Shown: piece by piece, positions 28,041-42,116 of the stretch | Position numbering within the stretch: the stretch's first letter is position 1 | Layout of the letters: each line of letters opens with the position of its first letter | Assembly: GCA_964016885.1 (NCBI GenBank) | Contig: OZ024747.1 | Coordinates: forward strand, 18,476,001 to 18,540,000 | Origin: Eledone cirrhosa | Lineage: Eukaryota | DNA: 64,000 nt | Reading direction: 5' to 3' | Made by a program: the position numbers and the translations under genes | Notes under the pieces: model-generated | The model's input: the letters and a program-made list of their open reading frames with translations, nothing else | What the model was told of the DNA's origin: nothing | Database searches by the model: none

Positions 28041-29910
28041 TTGGAATAAATGCTCTGAAATAGCGATATATATGTGAATATAGACATAGAATATTCGAAA
28101 ATATTCTGTATGTTTATAATAAACATTTTGAAGACCTAATCGCTATAGAATAGAATACGTCACGTATTACAATTAGATTCTCGATAAAAGCAAGGGAAGT
28201 AATCTACGCGTTTCATTCTTGTTAGAAATCATCAGGACTACATATCCAGTGCTTTTATCGAGAATGACACAGCTAGAGACTTATAGAATACTTAGCTGTG
28301 TACAGGAACTGGTTTGAAAGAGCGGTTGCCGGTCCGGCAGAAATTAGAAATTGGAATAAATGCTCTGAAATAGCGATATATATGTGAATATAGACATAGA
28401 ATATTCGAAAATATTCTGTATGTTTATAATAAACATTTTGAAGACCTAATCGCTATAGAATAGAATACGTCACGTATTACAATTAGATTCTCGATAAAAG
28501 CAAGGGAAGTAATCTACGCGTTTCATTCTTGTTAGAAATCATCAGGACTACATATCCAGTGCTTTTATCGAGAATGACACAGCTAGAGACTTATAGAATA
28601 CTTAGCTGTGTACAGGAACTGGTTTGAAAGAGCGGTTGCCGGTCCGGCAGAAATTAGAAATTGGAATAAATGCTCTGAAATAGCGATATATATGTGAATA
28701 TAGACATAGAATATTCGAAAATATTCTGTATGTTTATAATAAACATTTTGAAGACCTAATCGCTATAGAATAGAATACGTCACGTATTACAATTAGATTC
28801 TCGATAAAAGCAAGGGAAGTAATCTACGCGTTTCATTCTTGTTAGAAATCATCAGGACTACATATCCAGTGCTTTTATCGAGAATGACACAGCTAGAGAC
28901 TTATAGAATACTTAGCTGTGTACAGGAACTGGTTTGAAAGAGCGGTTGCCGGTCCGGCAGAAATTAGAAATTGGAATAAATGCTCTGAAATAGCGATATA
29001 TATGTGAATATAGACATAGAATATTCGAAAATATTCTGTATGTTTATAATAAACATTTTGAAGACCTAATCGCTATAGAATAGAATAAGTCTCTAGCTGT
29101 GTCATTCTCGATAAAAGCACTGGATATGTAGTCCTGATGATTTCTAACAAGAATGAAACGCGTAGATTACTTCCCTTGCTTTTATCGAGAATCTAATTGT
29201 AATACGTGACGTATTCTATTCTATAGCGATTAGGTCTTCAAAATGTTTATTATAAACATACAGAATATTTTCGAATATTCTATGTCTATATTCACATATA
29301 TATCGCTATTTCAGAGCATTTATTCCAATTTCTAATTTCTGCCGGACCGGCAACCGCTCTTTCAAACCAGTTCCTGTACACAGCTAAGTATTCTATAAGT
29401 CTCTAGCTGTGTCATTCTCGATAAAAGCACTGGATATGTAGTCCTGATGATTTCTAACAAGAATGAAACGCGTAGATTACTTCCCTTGCTTTTATCGAGA
29501 ATCTAATTGTAATACGTGACGTATTCTATTCTATAGCGATTAGGTCTTCAAAATGTTTATTATAAACATACAGAATATTTTCGAATATTCTATGTCTATA
29601 TTCACATATATATCGCTATTTCAGAGCATTTATTCCAATTTCTAATTTCTGCCGGACCGGCAACCGCTCTTTCAAACCAGTTCCTGTACACAGCTAAGTA
29701 TTCTATAAGTCTCTAGCTGTGTCATTCTCGATAAAAGCACTGGATATGTAGTCCTGATGATTTCTAACAAGAATGAAACGCGTAGATTACTTCCCTTGCT
29801 TTTATCGAGAATCTAATTGTAATACGTGACGTATTCTATTCTATAGCGATTAGGTCTTCAAAATGTTTATTATAAACATACAGAATATTTTCGAATATTC
29901 TATGTCTATA
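28041..29910. mobile_element. Retrozyme-like 310-bp tandem array with a central inversion
   Basis: Units start at 28041, 28351, 28661 and 28971 (partial). Orientation flips at 29085-29087 and reverse units continue with period 310 to about 29910. Both ends lie in (TA)n. One HHR per unit. Confidence 0.93.
29104..29192 (+). ncRNA. Type I hammerhead ribozyme of the 310-bp monomer, with extended stem I
   Basis: gtagtc-CTGATGA-[tttct aaca agaat]-GAAA-cgcg-TA-gattac (core 29128-29170, GUA site). A distal 16-bp helix, 29104-29119 with 29177-29192, lies beyond an internal loop. Copies at 29438 and 29748 (+) and at 28199, 28509 and 28819 (-). Confidence 0.92.
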
Positions 29911-29912
29911 TT

Positions 29913-29967
<55 letters not shown>

Positions 29968-30281
29968 TATAATATATATAATATATATTATATATATTAT
30001 ATATATTATATATATATATATATAATATATATATAATATATATAATATATATTATATATATAATATATATAATTGTTTCTACTTTTGGCACGAGGCCAGC
30101 AATTACCCAGTGCATTACTGGTACTTTATTTTATCGACCCCGTAAGGATGAAAGGTAAAGTCAACCTCGGCGGGATTATATATATAATATATATAATAAA
30201 TATAATATATATAATATATATAATAAATATATATACATAATATATATAATATATATGATATATATATATAATATATATATG

Positions 30282-30325
<44 letters not shown>

Positions 30326-30815
30326 TAGAGAGATAGACACACAAAGCAGGAGGGGACGTGGTAGATAAACTGTTGCACAATAATGTGACATATAATCATT
30401 TGACTCTGTATGACTCTCTCTCTCTCTCTCCCTCTCTCTCTCTCTCTGTGTCTCTCTCTCTCTCTGTCGCTTTCTATCTATCTGTCTGTCAATCTAGATC
30501 TTTAACAAACACTGATAAATAAAGCTATGTTTTTAGATTGGTGAAGTGTTATATAGATGGCTAGATAAAAAAATAGGGTAAAAGGTAAATGGATGTATAA
30601 GTAGAGAGGGGGGTAGGAGGGGGGATTTGCTTGTATGTAGACTACGACACAGATGAGTAAGGGGGTAGGTAGAGAGACAGATATATAGAGAGGCAGGTAT
30701 AGTAACACATACATAGAGAGGCATATATAGAGACAAATAGAAGGTAGGTAGGTAGAGAGGGAGAGAGAGCGAGAGAGAGATTGTGTGTGTGTGAAAGAGA
30801 GATAGATAGATAGAG

Positions 30816-30847
<32 letters not shown>

Positions 30848-31390
30848 AGAAATAAATAGGTAAGAAAATAATTGTTTCTACTTTAGGCACAAGGCCAGCA
30901 ATTACCCAGTGCATTACTGGTACTTTATTTTATCGACCCCGTAAGGATGAAAGGCAAAGTCAACCTCGGCGGGATTTAGGTAAGAAAATAATATAGGCGA
31001 AAGATGAGTTGGTATGCAGACAAAACTTTATGTATTATTTTTAATAATAATAATAATAGTAATAAACGAAAGATATATACTTTATACCATCTCTATTTAT
31101 TTTATTGTATACTAGCACAATGGCCCGGCGTTACTCGGGATTTGCTCTAGGGTTCTTATATATTTGTTATATATTTATCCTTATCGAGCCTCGTGAAATA
31201 ATACGTTTGTTTATATTTTGTTATTGTGTATGCAAAAATATCTGTACACGAATATATAATTATATATATATTAAAATAACAGATTCAAGTTTAAGCAAAG
31301 AATCGCTGCTTTCACCCTTAACGGGATCTTCTGAAACTGAAAAAATAAATCTGTGAACGCAGAAGTAAATATTTCGAAAAACGTTACACA

Positions 31391-31447
<57 letters not shown>

Positions 31448-31450
<3 letters not shown>

Positions 31451-32039
31451 AACCGTAGAGCAAATATTTATTAAAATAACAGATTAAAGTTTAAGCAAAG
31501 AATCGCTGCTTTCACCCTTAACGGGATCTTCTGAAACTAACAAAGTCAATCTGTAAACGCAGAACTGGATATTTCAAAAAACGTTGCAACCGGAGGAAGA
31601 CAGGAAGACGATACTTTGGTTCGTGGTAACGTTCGCTGGCAAAGAACGGGAAAAAACGAATAATACGTCATTAATAGGAGCGGTGAAAAACAATTACGCG
31701 CAAAGACAAAACCACGTTTATGGTATATTGTTTTTCACCGCTCCTATTAATGACGTATTATTCGTTTTTTCCCGTTCTTTGCCAGCGAACGTTACCACGA
31801 ACCAAAGTATCGTCTTCCTGTCTTCCTCCGGTTGCAACGTTTTTTGAAATATCCAGTTCTGCGTTTACAGATTGACTTTGTTAGTTTCAGAAGATCCCGT
31901 TAAGGGTGAAAGCAGCGATTCTTTGCTTAAACTTTAATCTGTTATTTTAATAAATATTTGCTCTACGGTTCTTAAATATTTGATATATATTTTCCTTATC
32001 GAGCCCTCTTTGGATTTTAGTCTTCAATTTTATTATTAT

Positions 32040-32043
<4 letters not shown>
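31448..32043. mobile_element. Fold-back element family G (247-bp arms) with variant-core HHR-like motif
   Basis: Arms 31448-31694 and 31727-31973 with a 32-nt loop, unique extension to 32043. Fragments at about 10288, 20690, 31143, 31271, 32306 and 34841. Confidence 0.9.
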
Positions 32044-32073
<30 letters not shown>

Positions 32074-33289
32074 TTAAATCATTTTGTTTGTTACCCTAAC
32101 GTCCCCTTTATTTACGTGTCCCAACGACTTTTTTTAGCCGTTGTTCGCACCAACCTGAGGCATATGGCCCTTAAAGCGATGAAATGCCTGGGACGGTTGG
32201 AGGGTCACTGATGAAGGACTTACTTTTTCATATGCACCACCATTTGCAACGCGCAGCCATCATTATTATCATATTTACATATATATATATATATATATAT
32301 ATATACTTATCGAGCCCTCTCTGGATTTTAGTCTTCAATTTTATTATTATTACTATATATATATATATATGACGCTGTGTGTGTGTGTATATATATATGT
32401 ATATATAGTGTATATACAGCGTCATAATGTCGTAATGCAGACAGCCAGACATACAGACAGATATTATAAGGGCGCAACGTTATATCTATGTATCTATCTA
32501 AAAAGAAAGACTGAGAATTATAGAGTGAGATCGCTAAATCGCCTAATGCGGTCCCTAGGGCATTGAAAATTTGAAATATTTTTTGCTCAAAACACTCACA
32601 GGACCATAAGTATTACATGTATAAAGTTTGAAAACAGTAGGTTGGGTGCTTCTCGAGTTTTAGGAATTTGACAGACAGACAGACATTCTCTGTTTTAGAT
32701 AAATATTTCGAAGATGCACAGTTTTATGTATAACATGAACTAAAGCATGTCCTCTTCAGACAAAATACATATGAGATGTATAATATTTTTCATGATATGT
32801 TGGTAGACAAACGAGCTGGACAGATCAGTGACCACCAAGCATATATTATTTTTTACATGTCGGACGCCATGCTTTGGCGCATAGAGTTACGGCCCTTTCC
32901 ATTCTGAGTTCAAATCCCGCCAAGGTTAACTTTGCCTTTCATCCTTACGGGGTCGATAAAATAAAGCACCAGTAATGCACTGGGTATATAGAAACAATTA
33001 TTTTTTACATATATTTGAGGCTAGGTGAGAAACATATACATATACACCATGTCCGAATACCAAAGAACCAAACTCCCACTGTCACTGCCTCTATCTCTCA
33101 CTATTATGATCAAAAGGGTGTACTTGTAATTGAAAGGTCCAGCTTTGCTATAGACTGCCACTGAATTTCCCTGAGAACTACGTTACTTTCACGAACGGGC
33201 CGACCTGCTGATTGAAACAGCTGGAGCACTCGTTATCAGAACCGATGAAGGTCCTAGACAGACACATACACATCAATATACACTCTTGA

Positions 33290-33590
33290 CAGGTGCAATG
33301 TGTCCCAACACGGAAGAATCGAACTCGCACCGTCATCGCCTCCATCTCTCTCGCTCTCCCCATCTATCTGTATAGTGAGCAAATGGGGTCCCACGTGCTG
33401 GCCGCCTCACAGCCTCGCAGCCTCGGCGGACAGAATGGAGAAGGCGTTTCCTCGGAGGATGGTAAGGGCGATGCGTTGGAAAAGCCATTCCATCTCGCGA
33501 GACTCACACCTGCGGCTGGCCAGCTCAGCGCCTATGGTGGTGAATAGGGAGGTAGCCCTCGGGCCAAGGACACCGGAAGTCTCCACTCCA
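33290..33590 (-). mobile_element. CRE-like non-LTR 3' fragment
   Basis: Reads VETSGVLGPRATSLF...EWLFQRIALTILRGNAFSIL, an RLE C-terminus. 3' UTR copies at about 19190-19300 and 33045-33100. Confidence 0.75.
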
Positions 33591-34369
33591 CATACACAGT
33601 GTGATGACATCTTCGGTGTTAATTCTACAGTTTGCATCAGTTGGCAATTTTAGGTGGTTTATTTGTAATCCTTATCTCTTTTGTACATTAGGTATTTCGC
33701 TGTTAAATGTTGTTCCTCGATCACAAAAGCCTACCTTTCAAAGTAAGAGCGTGTATACTGGCCGTTGGCCGTTGGCCGTTGGTTGAAGGTGGTAGCCTAT
33801 TTTGTGCGTGTCTCTAAGTGTGTGTGTGTGTGTGTGTGGATGTGTGTGTGGATGTGTGTGCGTCTGTATGGGTGTCGGTATGGATGTCTATATGGATTTG
33901 TGACCATATAGATGTCTGTATGGATGTGTGTGTGTGCTTGTTTGAATAGATGTATGCGTATATCTGTGTATGTATGTAAATTTCTCTCTCTCTCTGTATG
34001 TGTAGGAGAGAGGCGCCAATGAAAACCTTTTAATAATGCAAAGCGGAGAGAAAAAATGCGTCACATCTGTGCAACAGTTCAACACTAACAAGCTCTGTTT
34101 TGCAACTGAAAAATAATAAGTAAAAAACTGTAAATAATACCAAAGCAATAATGATGCATGCAGAGACCCACAGCATGGCAAGGATGTGTACTGGAATCAC
34201 TAAGCACAATAATATACCACGTGTGTTTGTATATATATATACAGTTGTATGTCTCCGTCTGTAACTCTTCAAAGTTTACACACACAAACCATACACACAA
34301 TGCATTTCATATCCCAGTAAAGTTGTTAGTTGTTACAACCATCAACCATAGTAATAAGCTACGTATACT

Positions 34370-34478
<109 letters not shown>

Positions 34479-34592
34479 TCCATCTGCAACTGTTTAAAAT
34501 TTATACAATCAGTCCGCCATTAGTATACGTGGATGGAATGAATCAAACAATATGTCACGTGTGTTTGTGTACCCCCCTCTCTTCCTCTCTCT

Positions 34593-34693
<101 letters not shown>

Positions 34694-34762
34694 TCAAGAA
34701 TAAGCAAGAATAAACAGAATTGCAAAAATACAGTCTTATTAGTTTTATGCTTGGGAAGTAGA

Positions 34763-34821
<59 letters not shown>

Positions 34822-35276
34822 TATATGTGTATATATATATAGTAATAATAATGATTTGAAGACCAAAATCCAAAGAGGGCTCGATAAGGATAAATATATA
34901 TCAAATATATAAGAACCCTAGAGCAAATATTTATTAAAATAACAGAATAAAGTAAGCAAAGAATCGTTGTTTTCACCCTTAACGGGATCTTCTGAAACTT
35001 TGCTTAAACTTTAATCTGTTATTTTAATATATATATATATATTTCATTCATTTATATTATTATTTGTCTGACCCGAATTTTCCTGGTCGTTTTTTTCGGC
35101 TGTGCGAGTGATTTTAAACATTGTCTCCGTGTGTTGGTCTTTAAACGATAGTTATAGCTCTGGTTTATCCAAACTATTGAGCCCTTTGCCACGCATTTCG
35201 AAGATTGTGTTTCGTTATTTCGTTGGCCGAAATTCCGATTCTCGATAATTTATTTGTAGATATATATATATATATT

Positions 35277-35386
<110 letters not shown>

Positions 35387-36359
35387 GTAACGAGGGAAAT
35401 GTGGTAAGGAACCAGGTGGACCATAACGCACCAAAGTACAATGTATGTATGTGTATTCGTTTGTAACTCTTTAAAATATACACACGTAATACATTTCCTA
35501 TCTATCATGTTGTTAAAAAAAGAAGTTCACTTTCTATTCATAAGGTTCAGAGTTCTAACCTTGCGTTTGTCCCCGTAAACGGTTATTCCTCCAAAGTTAC
35601 TCATACATTCAATTCTGTTTGTCATTTGCTAAACATTTATGTAATTATATCATAATATCATTCTTATCTTTTATCACTTTCACGTGTAAGTAATCATCAT
35701 AAGCTCTACAGCTTATCTTACGCAAACAATTAATTTATAAAAACGTAAATTTCCCAGTTTGTATGAGTGTTCATATTTCGGTGGTCATGGTACATATCGC
35801 ATACAAATCCTGAACTCTAAACATTATATAACTCAATTTCATTCGTGGATTGGCAGTATCGGTAGAGCTCTGGAATGATTTTCGGTATATAGTTATGAAT
35901 TTCTATGTTCCGAGGTCAAATCCCGCCGAAGTCAACTTTGCCTTTCACTCTTTTGGGGTCGATAAAATAAAATACCAAATCAAGTATTGGGATTCATATA
36001 ATCGACTTTCCCTCCCTCTAAAGTGCAGGCCTTGTGCTAAATTCAGAAATCACTTTTGCCAAGGCTTGGAAATAAGTCCTCCTTCTTGCTCTTGCAGTAC
36101 AAGCATGCGCGAAAATTTACACCAAAGACTGTAAAAGCGTCTAAAGTTAAGATAGAAGAACTTTGGGGTTAAGCTGGAATCCAACTTCAGATCAGCAAAT
36201 GAAGTGTTCCGGCAGACGATCCGCCGATTTCGTAATAAAAAGTTCTCTTCCAAACCGGCTATCTCTTCTCCACTCTTCAGAGAGGTGCATCCTCACGAGG
36301 TGTAGAGCATGCTTTGCTGATCTCCTAATCCCCATCACAACAGCATATTGTAATGTACA

Positions 36360-37080
36360 CGAGGTGCATCTGGGAGTGATGACTAATCTCTCTGAGGCTA
36401 AGATCACAAAAGCAATTAAAGAGCTCAATTGTGATAAGGCCACTGGAGAGGATGAAATTCGACCTAAGATGTTAAACGCCTTAAAAAGAGAAGGTATTCT
36501 CTGATTAACTCGTGTGTGCCGAATGGCTTTGATCTCTGGAAAGGCACATAAAGAATGGTAATCGCGGGTAATAGTCCCAATTTTCAAAAAGGAAGGCAAA
36601 AGCAAAAGAGATTGCTCTAGTTATAGAGGGATATCCTAGTTAACTCGCTCTGGTAAAGCCCATGCTAAGTGTCTGGAAGAGAAATGTAGGGAGATTGTTG
36701 AGTCCAAGCTAACAGTTAAACAATGCGGTTTTTCGCCAGGGACGCAACACAGCCGACCAAATATTCATACTGTGACAGGTCTTTGAGAAATCGTGAGAAT
36801 ACTGCAAAGACGTGTATGTTTGCTTCGTAGACCCCGAAGACTGCTGTGGAAGGTTCTGCAGGAGTATGGGATCGATGGACAGTTTCTTGTTGACCTGATG
36901 TCTCTATACAAATGCTCTGCCATTCAATGTAGGAGTCGGACTCCGCCAAGGGTGCGTACTGTCACACCTCCTCTTCATAATCTTCATGAACTGGATTGAC
37001 GTGCGCAGCCTGGTTGGAAGTGATACTACCATTGGTGGGTGTAAGATCAGTTGGCTGGAATTTGAGGGTGACATGGTGTT
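36360..37080 (+). pseudogene. RTE-type reverse transcriptase remnant
   Basis: Reads KATGEDEIRPKML...IVPIFKK...YRGIS...QCGFSPG...ADQIF...VYVCFVD, with stops and frameshifts. Confidence 0.85.
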
Positions 37081-37224
37081 ACCTACGACTGAAAGCAGAA
37101 TTGTTTGCTTTCAAGAAACCACTAGTAAATGAAATAATTATCTTATGTTGCTTATTACATAACTAATAAGCTCTGTAACCTACATAGAGCACTCTTTTTT
37201 CCTGGACCTTTCCAACGGAATTAC

Positions 37225-37276
<52 letters not shown>

Positions 37277-37279
<3 letters not shown>

Positions 37280-37678
37280 GGTCTGAGCTGCTGTACGGGT
37301 CTGAGACTTGGACACTGACCAAGAAACTCACTCAGATGGTGGATGGGTGCTACACGAGAATGTTGAGGATGTCTCTGAACATTAATCAGTATACACTGAG
37401 GATAAAAAACTCAGAGCTGTATGGGAGCCTCCCCAAAGTCAGCTCAAAAGTGACACAGAGGAGATTGAGGTTAGCTGGACATGCTCACCGACATCCAGAG
37501 TTGACATTGCACTCAGTGCTCCTGTGAAAGCCCCTACATGGACACACAAGAGGAAGACCAAGGTTAACGTTTGTTGATGCCCTAGGAACAGACACTGGTC
37601 TGTTGGAGATGCAGGACATGGCAGCGATAATGAGGGACAGAGACCGCTGGAGAGAACTCGTCCATGGATCTCGAGAAT

Positions 37679-37682
<4 letters not shown>
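37277..37682 (+). mobile_element. RTE/RTEX-type LINE 3' fragment
   Basis: Reads LLYGSETWTLTK...DGCYTRMLR...RRLRLAGH. Flanked by (TA)n. Confidence 0.8.
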
Positions 37683-37732
<50 letters not shown>

Positions 37733-37906
37733 GGTGGCTGCCAACTCGTTTTCGAGTACGGCCACTACTTTATATCCATGTAGGAGAACCCCTACCGATG
37801 CGCTGAACGAGTGTGACTTTTTAGTCCAGCCACCGACTTGAAAACTCTGGTACAAACACTACACTTGTGACAATTATTGACACATAGTGCTGGGCCCATG
37901 GTACCA

Positions 37907-37973
<67 letters not shown>

Positions 37974-38503
37974 ATAAAAGTGAGGGTGTGTGGCTCATTG
38001 GTTAGAGAACTGGATTCGCAATCGTGAGGTTGTGAGTTCGATTCCTGGACCAGGTGATGCGTTATATCCTTGAACAAGCCACTTTATTTCATGTTACTCC
38101 TTATACCTGGAGTTGCGACCGATAGATAGTATTAGCAATTGGAAAGACCAACGGAAACATTGTTTCCTCGGTCCGATTTGACGAAAGTCGATCGACAAAT
38201 TATATTTATATATATATATATAAAGTAGGAATTTCCGCATTTAATTGTACCGGTTCCTGCTTATATGCTTTTTCAAGTATGTGTATAATGCAATTAAATT
38301 GCATATTTGTTTCTACTTTAGGCACAAGGCCAGCAATAACCCAGTTCATTACTGGTACTTTATTTTATCGACCCCGTAAGGATGAAAGGCAAAGTCAACC
38401 TCGGCGGGATTTGCATATTGATAAGAATATACAGAAAAAATACATTTTTACATACATATTTAGGGAGAAAAGTTCACATTATGTCCCTAGTTTTCTTTCT
38501 CTC

Positions 38504-38588
<85 letters not shown>

Positions 38589-38870
38589 TTTTGAGTTTAT
38601 GTTGGTTGTATACCAACACCTCAGTATGCAGGCTGGAGCACTCGACGAAGTGCGCAGGTTGGTTTGGTTACTCCGGAGTAGTGTAAAATAAAGTTAAATA
38701 AAAGTCAAATGATTAAAATTTAGCTTCGTTTATTACTGCTATATATATTTCAGTGACAGCCATCTTTGGCTGTGACCTCTTCAGACATATATATATATAT
38801 ATATGACAAGTAAGTATGTTTTGAAACAGTGAGCAAGTTTGAAATTAGAAATAGAATAGCTTTCACCGTG

Positions 38871-38902
<32 letters not shown>

Positions 38903-39139
38903 TATCACAGAAAAAAGAGAATGAGTGTTGCGACAAATGGAATTTATTGGACATATTACAATCATTTCTCTGGCAACCAGCTCGATGCACGATCGCTGTG
39001 ATGATCGAACCTGACTCTGAAAATCGCAAGGCCCTCAGATACGTCTTGATTCTACAAACCAGATTTCCCTTATCATACTCTGCTCTATGAGAGCATCGAG
39101 TGCTCAAACCACAACCGGACGCGTTAAGCATCCAAGACC

Positions 39140-39226
<87 letters not shown>

Positions 39227-39250
39227 CATATATACATACATATATATATA

Positions 39251-39322
<72 letters not shown>

Positions 39323-39361
39323 CATATATATATACATATATATATATATATACATACATAT

Positions 39362-39400
<39 letters not shown>

Positions 39401-39475
39401 CATATATACATACATATATATATATATATATACATACATATATACATACATATATACATACATATATACATACAC

Positions 39476-39523
<48 letters not shown>

Positions 39524-39589
39524 GCATATATACATACATATATATATATATATATACATACATATATACATACATATATACATACATAT

Positions 39590-39642
<53 letters not shown>

Positions 39643-39659
39643 CATATATATATACATAC

Positions 39660-39690
<31 letters not shown>

Positions 39691-39699
39691 CATACATAT

Positions 39700-39750
<51 letters not shown>

Positions 39751-39928
39751 TAAACGGAGAAGGCTATTAGCGATACGCCGACCAATTTCCAACTCACTCA
39801 AAAAACATTAGGAAATACCCGAGTATATTCCCAATTAAACGTTTGGGGTGCTAACTATATTGTATTGTGTGGATAATTGGCTGTATTATTTTATATGAGA
39901 TTTATTAAAGATCTCATTGTATATATAA

Positions 39929-40243
<315 letters not shown>

Positions 40244-40429
40244 TATATATATATATATATATAACGAAGGAAATGTGGTAAGGAACCAGGTGGACCATAA
40301 CGCACCAAAGTACTCAATACTTGAGGTAGTAGAGTGGGTAATAGGAACCAGTAAGACCCCTTTTAGACAGCTGAGCTCAAGCCGTCGAAACGGCTTGAGC
40401 TCAGCTGTCTAAAAGGGGTCTTACTGGTT

Positions 40430-40482
<53 letters not shown>

Positions 40483-40918
40483 CAAGCTCCGATGAACTGA
40501 CTGGTTATAACTTTGTATTGGCGATCGAGTAACGTGAAAATAAGCGGATATCGATCTCTAGACCTACCAGTTCAGAGAAACAATTGTCAACAATGAGATT
40601 AAAAACCTTTTTTGTATAGCAAACCGTGTCACTCTTCTTTCCTGATTTATTATTACTCCAAGTGTTTACAACATAGGAATTACAGCGTACTCGCAGCATC
40701 ACTATGGAAACGCCTTGTTGAGTCAAACTTAGCCAAGCGTTGATATCATCCACTACCCGGAGTACCATAACTGGACTACACCTAAGTGGACTGCATATAA
40801 CTATTATATATATACACACATACATACACCCACACACCCACACAAACACATATATATATGTGTGTGTGAGTGTGTGTCTGTGTATACATATATATATACA
40901 TATACTCACACTCACACT

Positions 40919-40949
<31 letters not shown>

Positions 40950-41313
40950 GTAGGAGGTGAGTTTTATTGTAGCACAATAAAGCAATGCAAATATCGGATA
41001 AGTAGCACTCCACATTTTATAGGACTGGGGTATAAATAAAATAAGATCAAAAGATGGTTAAAAGAGTTCCAAGTATTTTATTATGCGCATTTCAAAAACA
41101 AATATCATTATGGGATGATATTTGCGTTCTCATCAGATAAAAATCAAGATATGTTGATTTAAAACTTCACTGCTCACAAAGTGTTTTTTAAGCTTCATAT
41201 CATGTTTCCCTATTTTATCTGATGAGAACGAAAATATCATCCCATGATGATATTTGTTTTTGAAATGCGCATAATAAAATACTTGGAATTCTTTTAACCA
41301 TCTTTTGATCTTA
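40950..41313. mobile_element. Fold-back HHR element family A with two hammerheads
   Basis: HHRs at 41074-41142 (-) and 41211-41281 (+): tattttat-CTGATGA-stem II-GAAA-tgcgca-TA-ataaaata. Unique extension 40950-41040. Confidence 0.88.
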
Positions 41314-41728
41314 TATATATATATATACTCCATCTTTTGATCATATATATATATATATATAGATATAGATAGGTAAATATACACGGGTGTGTATGATTGT
41401 GTATAGAAGATTATATTAATAAGAGGAATTCCAACTTTGTCTGATTTACTCGTTTTATTTACAATCCTTTAAAATATATATAATGGTATTATAATGAAAT
41501 AGTATGATAGAATATATATATATACAAAAAGTTATGAAACGAAAGGAGCTGTGTGGTTACTAAAAACACGGTTTAGGTTGGTGGTTAGCACGGAACAGGA
41601 GGAGAAAGGAAGAAAGGAGTTTCCATCGTCAGCTGTAAATGTTTCTCGAACCGATGTTTCGGCGATGCGTGCGTGTGTGCGAGTGTATGTGTGCGTGTCT
41701 GTATATATATATACATACATATACTCAC

Positions 41729-41857
<129 letters not shown>

Positions 41858-42063
41858 GCAGTAATAAACGAAGCTAAATTTTAAACATTTGACTTATTTA
41901 TTTTACTTTATTTTATATATATATATATATATATATGAAGTATATATACATTTATACAGCTATATATATATATATAAGGTAAGTTATTCCGGGTTGAATC
42001 GGAGGTAACCACAGTAAGTAAGGTACTCAATACATAGCAGAGTATAAAAGTTTTAATATAGAT

Positions 42064-42116
42064 GAGATTCTACAGGACTAGAACTGTTTCATTCTTTAGA
42101 AATCATCAGGAATCCC
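42064..42116 (-). ncRNA. Type I hammerhead ribozyme, family I
   Basis: gggattc-CTGATGA-[tttct aa agaat]-GAAA-cag ttctagtc ctg-TA-gaatctc (GUA site), in element 41978-42116. 5'-truncated copies at about 16251-16341 and 43683-43807 (+). Confidence 0.8.

Noticed and set aside
28041-29910. CRISPR-like array
   Set aside because: The units are identical with no unique spacers, there are no cas genes, and the context is eukaryotic.
32700-32780. tattttgtCTGAAGA on the minus strand, family E-like
   Set aside because: GAAA and stems I and III are missing.
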